A stretch of 62,014 nt of DNA, counting the filler. It is 12 parts of 12 records of this genome, joined end to end, with 100 filler letters (N's around TTAATTAATTAA, not from the genome) between each part and the next. Parts side by side here need not be neighbours in the genome. Positions count along the whole stretch, not along the records: positions 58,204 to 62,014 come from SRR7504441_23792; 11 more parts are not named here. One strand, given 5' to 3'. A model generated the notes under the pieces. It was not told where the DNA came from, did no database searches, and was given only the letters and a program-made list of their open reading frames with translations. The translations under genes and the position numbers were made by a program. Shown here in pieces: positions 58,204 through 62,014 of this stretch (positions within the stretch are counted from its first letter, which is position 1; the number at the start of each line of letters is the position of its first letter).

Positions 58204-61200
58204 CCAGCCGGCCCGCCTGAGCTGACTGGCCGGGCAGCTCACCGCCGCGCTCGAGTGGCTCTCGCCCGGGGCTGAGTCCCTGCGTCGCCAGGCGGCCGGA
58301 CTGATCCTTGACCAGCTGGCCTGCGCTGCACCCACGATCTTCCACGGTCAGATCAGCACGTTCTGCTCTCGAATCTGGTGTGGACTGTGCGACGACCGGC
58401 GTGAGACCAGGCTGAGTGCCGCTTCGGCGCTCGGCTCGTGCGTGAGGCTGCTCTCAGCTCGGGAGGAGCCGCAGTCAATACGGTGCCGGGTGCGGGCTGC
58501 GGCGCTGAGGGCGTGCAGTCGGTGCGACGAGATTCTAAGTCACGCCGAGCGGCTGATCGAAGCCTCGAGCGGCAACTCGGACGGGGCGCTGCTGGCGCTG
58601 CGGGAGCTGCTAGCCCACAGCCCGCCAGAGTTCATGAAGGCAACTAGCGCCCTAGTGCTCGCTTAGCCCAATGCAGGCGCGTGTCAAGCGAGTGCTGCCG
58701 CCGCTGCACAGCGCCAGCCGGTCACGCAGCCTCGAGACCCGCCGGACCGGCTTTTCTCTGCTCCCGTTTGTGTGTCGGCACAAGCCAGTGGTCCGGTCCG
58801 GGGACATTGCAGGTGGCTTGCGGCTCTGCTGGGTCTGAGCCGCTGCCAGAGCCAATGGGTGCGCTGTTCAAAGCTGTAGACGAGTGGACCGGTCCCGAGA
58901 AGAGCGAGGGGCTCAACGTGGTGGCGGCCGTCTGCCAAGAGCTAGGCCGGAGCTTTCAGCCATGGGCAGCCACAGCGCTGACCAAGGCCAAGCATGCTCT
59001 CCGGAAGGGCAAGCGCCGCAAGGGCAAGGAGGTGCGTGGGCCGGCCGACCGGCTGGCCGAGGCGGCGGGCAGGTGTGCGAGGCGGCGTTGAGGCTGGTGG
59101 GGGCGGTGGCGAGTGGGCTGGGTGGGGCTGTGCAGGAGCTGCTCCTGGAGCAAGGGCTGCTCGAGCTGATGCTGGACACCGGGCTGTCCGACGCGCTCAC
59201 TGTGGCGCTGGGCCAGTTGGTGGAGGCGCTCCCGCCGCTGCTGAGGCCGATGCAGCTCCAGATGCTTGAGGAGATAGCGATCCGGCTGCAGGCGACTGAA
59301 CCCGAGTTGATAGAACCCGCGCTGCACTGCCTGGGCAAATTTGAGTGGACCGGCCAGCAGCTCGCCGAGCTGGTGCACCAAGCGGTGCTCCCACTGGTCG
59401 AGGCCGGCCCGTCCAAGTCGATCCGTCTTGCCGCTGCCACCGCCAGCTGCCACGCGCTGCTGCCACCGGATCTGCCGCTCCGGAGGGGCAAGCTGGCCGA
59501 GTTGACATCCAAGGTGCTCGGGCGGCTGATTGCAGTGGCGGTGAGCGACGGCGACCCTGCCATCCGGCTGGCGCTGCTCAACACGCTGGACAGTCGGTTT
59601 GATCGGTTGCTCAGCCAGCCTGAGCAGCTTCACAAGCTGTTTGTGTTGCTTTCAGACGCCGAGCTCGAAGTGAGGCAGGCTGCCATCCGACTGCTCGAGC
59701 GGCTGGTCCCGATAAATACTGCCATAATCATGCCAGGCTTCCGCCGGCTTCTAATCCAGCTGCTGCTCCAGATCCAAAACGCGGTCCCAAACAGCCAACT
59801 GTCGGTGGAGTCCACAATCCTGGTGGCATGCTTGATCAAGGCAGCCGGCTCGCTCATTGGGCCGTACGTGCGCACAATCGCCCGAGTGATCAGCCCCCAG
59901 CTCTCGTCGCCGCAGCCAAGAGTGGCCATGCGCGCGCTTGAGGTTGTGCAGCGGCTGGGCGCGGTGTGTGGGACTGAGCTGGATCCAGCGCTGCTCATCC
60001 CTCCAATAATCGACTCGCTGGCCGACCAGCACGAGACCAAGCGGCGGCTGGTGCTGCACACGCTCGGGGTGCTGCTCCAGGCCTCCGGGCACGTTGTTCG
60101 GCCGCTGTTTGAGCAACCCAGGCTGCTGGAATTGTTACTCTCGTCGCTCTCGGCCTCGCAGCAGCCGCTCGAGGTCCGAATCGAGGCGATCAAGGTATTC
60201 GGTATCCTAGGCGCTGTCGACCCTCTGCTCTACCGGATGCACCACGCCAGCACCGGCAGCGCGCAGGCTGACGTGCCGGTGCCAGCTGACACAGTGACAG
60301 TGCAGTGGAAGCGGTCGACTACGGCTGCGGCTGGCCCAGACGCTGACTCAGAGGAGCTGGAGCTGCTGGCCAACGTACGCCCATCCCAGCCCGAGTACTA
60401 TCCGTCGGTGGCAGTGCTTACTGTCCGCAGAGTGCTCCGGGACCCAACTCTATCTAAGCAGCCGCATGCCTTGGCCCAGGCCATGCACGCGCTCCGATTC
60501 ATTTTCAAGTCCCTTGGAACCAAGTCACAACAGTACCTGAGCCTGACCCTACCGGCCATCTACTCGTTGGTCTCAAGCTCCGCCGTGCCGGTTCAGAAAC
60601 TGCTGGTGACTGAGATAGTCCAGATAGCCTCAATCGCCAAGCAGCACGTGCGGCCATATGTGGCCTCGCTTATGTGGCTCACGTTCGAGTATTGGTCAGT
60701 GCCTGAACTGCTCTCGCCGTTGGTGCTGCTGGTGGAGCAGCTAGCACTTGCACTGCAGCATGAATTTGAGCCAGAGATGCGCCGACTGCTGCCCCAGCTG
60801 CTTCAGCTGCTCCACCCGTCCAGCTTTGACGCTGAAGGTGATGGACCTGGGGCCACTGAGTCGCTCAGGGTTCTGGCCGCGTACAGCCCACACCTGGGGG
60901 ACTCGCTGTTGGTGGTGCTGCCTGTGCTGGTCAACCTCTTCGCATGCAAGCGTGTATCGCCCAAGCTGCGCAGTCAGGCAGTCGAGATGCTCACTCAGCT
61001 CGGGCTGCAGCGGTCGATGCACAGCTTCAGCTCACAGCTGATGCACCCTCTAATGCGGTTACTGGAGGAGCCACACCCCGAGCTCATTTTGGCGGCACTC
61101 GAGCTGCTTACGAACATGGTCCGGTCGCTTGGGCCACAGTTCGGCGTGTTCCTGGGTAGTTGCCAGCGTGTTCTCGAGCGCCAACAGATTTGCCACCCAG

Positions 61201-62014
61201 CATTCGATGAGGCTGTGCTACGCATGAATGATAACGAGTGGCGGCGGACCCGGCAGCAGTCGGCCCTGCAAGCGCTCAAGAAGCCGGCAGACGAAAACGG
61301 CAAGGACCCTGGGAGCAAGCTGCAAGTCAACCAGAGCATCTTGAAGAAGGCATGGGACACTTCAGAGTGCAGCTCGGCTGCTGACTGGCAGTACTGGTTC
61401 GAGCGGCTGTGCTCCGAGCTGCTGAACCAGTCATCCTCACCAGCGCTCCGGGCGTGCGTCGGGCTGGTACAGGTGAACAAAATGCTCCCGCGCGAGCTGT
61501 TCAACACCAGCTTTGCTTCGTGCTGGGTGGAGCTGTTTCAGCCCTATCAGGACGCGCTGGTCAGCGCGCTTGAAGAGGCGCTGCTGGCGCCAAACGTGCC
61601 ATTAGACATCTTGCAGTGCATCCTTGGACTAGCTGAATTCATGGAACACGACGACGTCCCGATCCCAATCGATATAGGCCAGCTGGGCGAAGTAGCTGAG
61701 CAGTGCCACGTGTATGCCAAGGCGCTCCACTACAAGGAGAGCCAGTTCATGGCCAGCCCATGTGCTGGGCTGGTGGAGCCGCTCATCTCGATCAACACCC
61801 AGCTGATGCAGCAGGAGGCGGCGCTTGGGATCCTGATCTATGGCCAGCAGCACCTGGAGGTCAATCCACGCACTTCGTGGTATCAGAAGCTACAGCGCTG
61901 GGACGAGGCACTCGAGGCGTATGAGTTGTCGCCTGAGCCAATGGGCGAGGAGGCGCTGCTTGGCCGGGTGCAGTGTCTGCAGGCTTTGCTCAAGTGGGAC
62001 GCTGTGATGGCGCT
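58204..62014 (+). CDS. TOR: TOR kinase (HEAT repeats to start of FAT domain), truncated at both ends
   Basis: ALEWL...RRQAAGLILDQLA, LKKAWD...DWQYWFERLCSELLNQSSSPALRAC, LFNTSFASCWVEL, LAEFMEHD, YAKALHYKE, LISINTQL and WYQKLQRWDEAL. The frame stays open from ~59073 to the window end, so it is missing from the ORF track. Confidence 0.95.

Noticed and set aside
121-61924. Numerous long overlapping Arg/Pro/Ala-rich ORFs in alternative frames
   Set aside because: These are expected stop-poor shadows in high-GC DNA and show no recognisable motifs.

Overview
This is eukaryotic nuclear DNA from an unidentified GC-rich, gene-dense protist. It is not one locus: 12 short contigs (about 4-7.5 kb) are joined by 11 artificial 100-nt linkers (N44-TTAATTAATTAA-N44), so gene adjacency across a linker is meaningless. 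Genes use the standard code and are broken by very small spliceosomal introns (mostly 36-50 nt). About a third of those I could place in conserved genes (8 of 22) have GC rather than GT donors, which explains the fragmented ORF track. Confident genes: G6PD, cyclophilin, dyskerin/CBF5, mitochondrial uS15, an SDR, RNase T2, a sulfatase, a ZFC3H1-like protein, TOR, a PIP5K, a tandem aquaporin, a SURNod19 protein, ankyrin and Sfi1-like repeat proteins. The most striking item is a spliced gene at 46470-49728 (-). It encodes CAP-Gly + a phosphopantetheine carrier domain + the three-fold membrane/left-handed beta-helix terminal region of epsilon-poly-lysine-synthetase (Pls)-type NRPSs, with no adenylation domain. 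Other unusual fusions are F-box/LRR/tandem-CCCH, NT-C2/ATG2-VPS13-C-like/EF-hand/PIP5K, degenerate MmgE-PrpD/EF-hand, a formin with an EF-hand-like insert in FH2, and RanBP2-ZnF/SET/SHOCT. All gene models and domain calls were made by eye, without searches.
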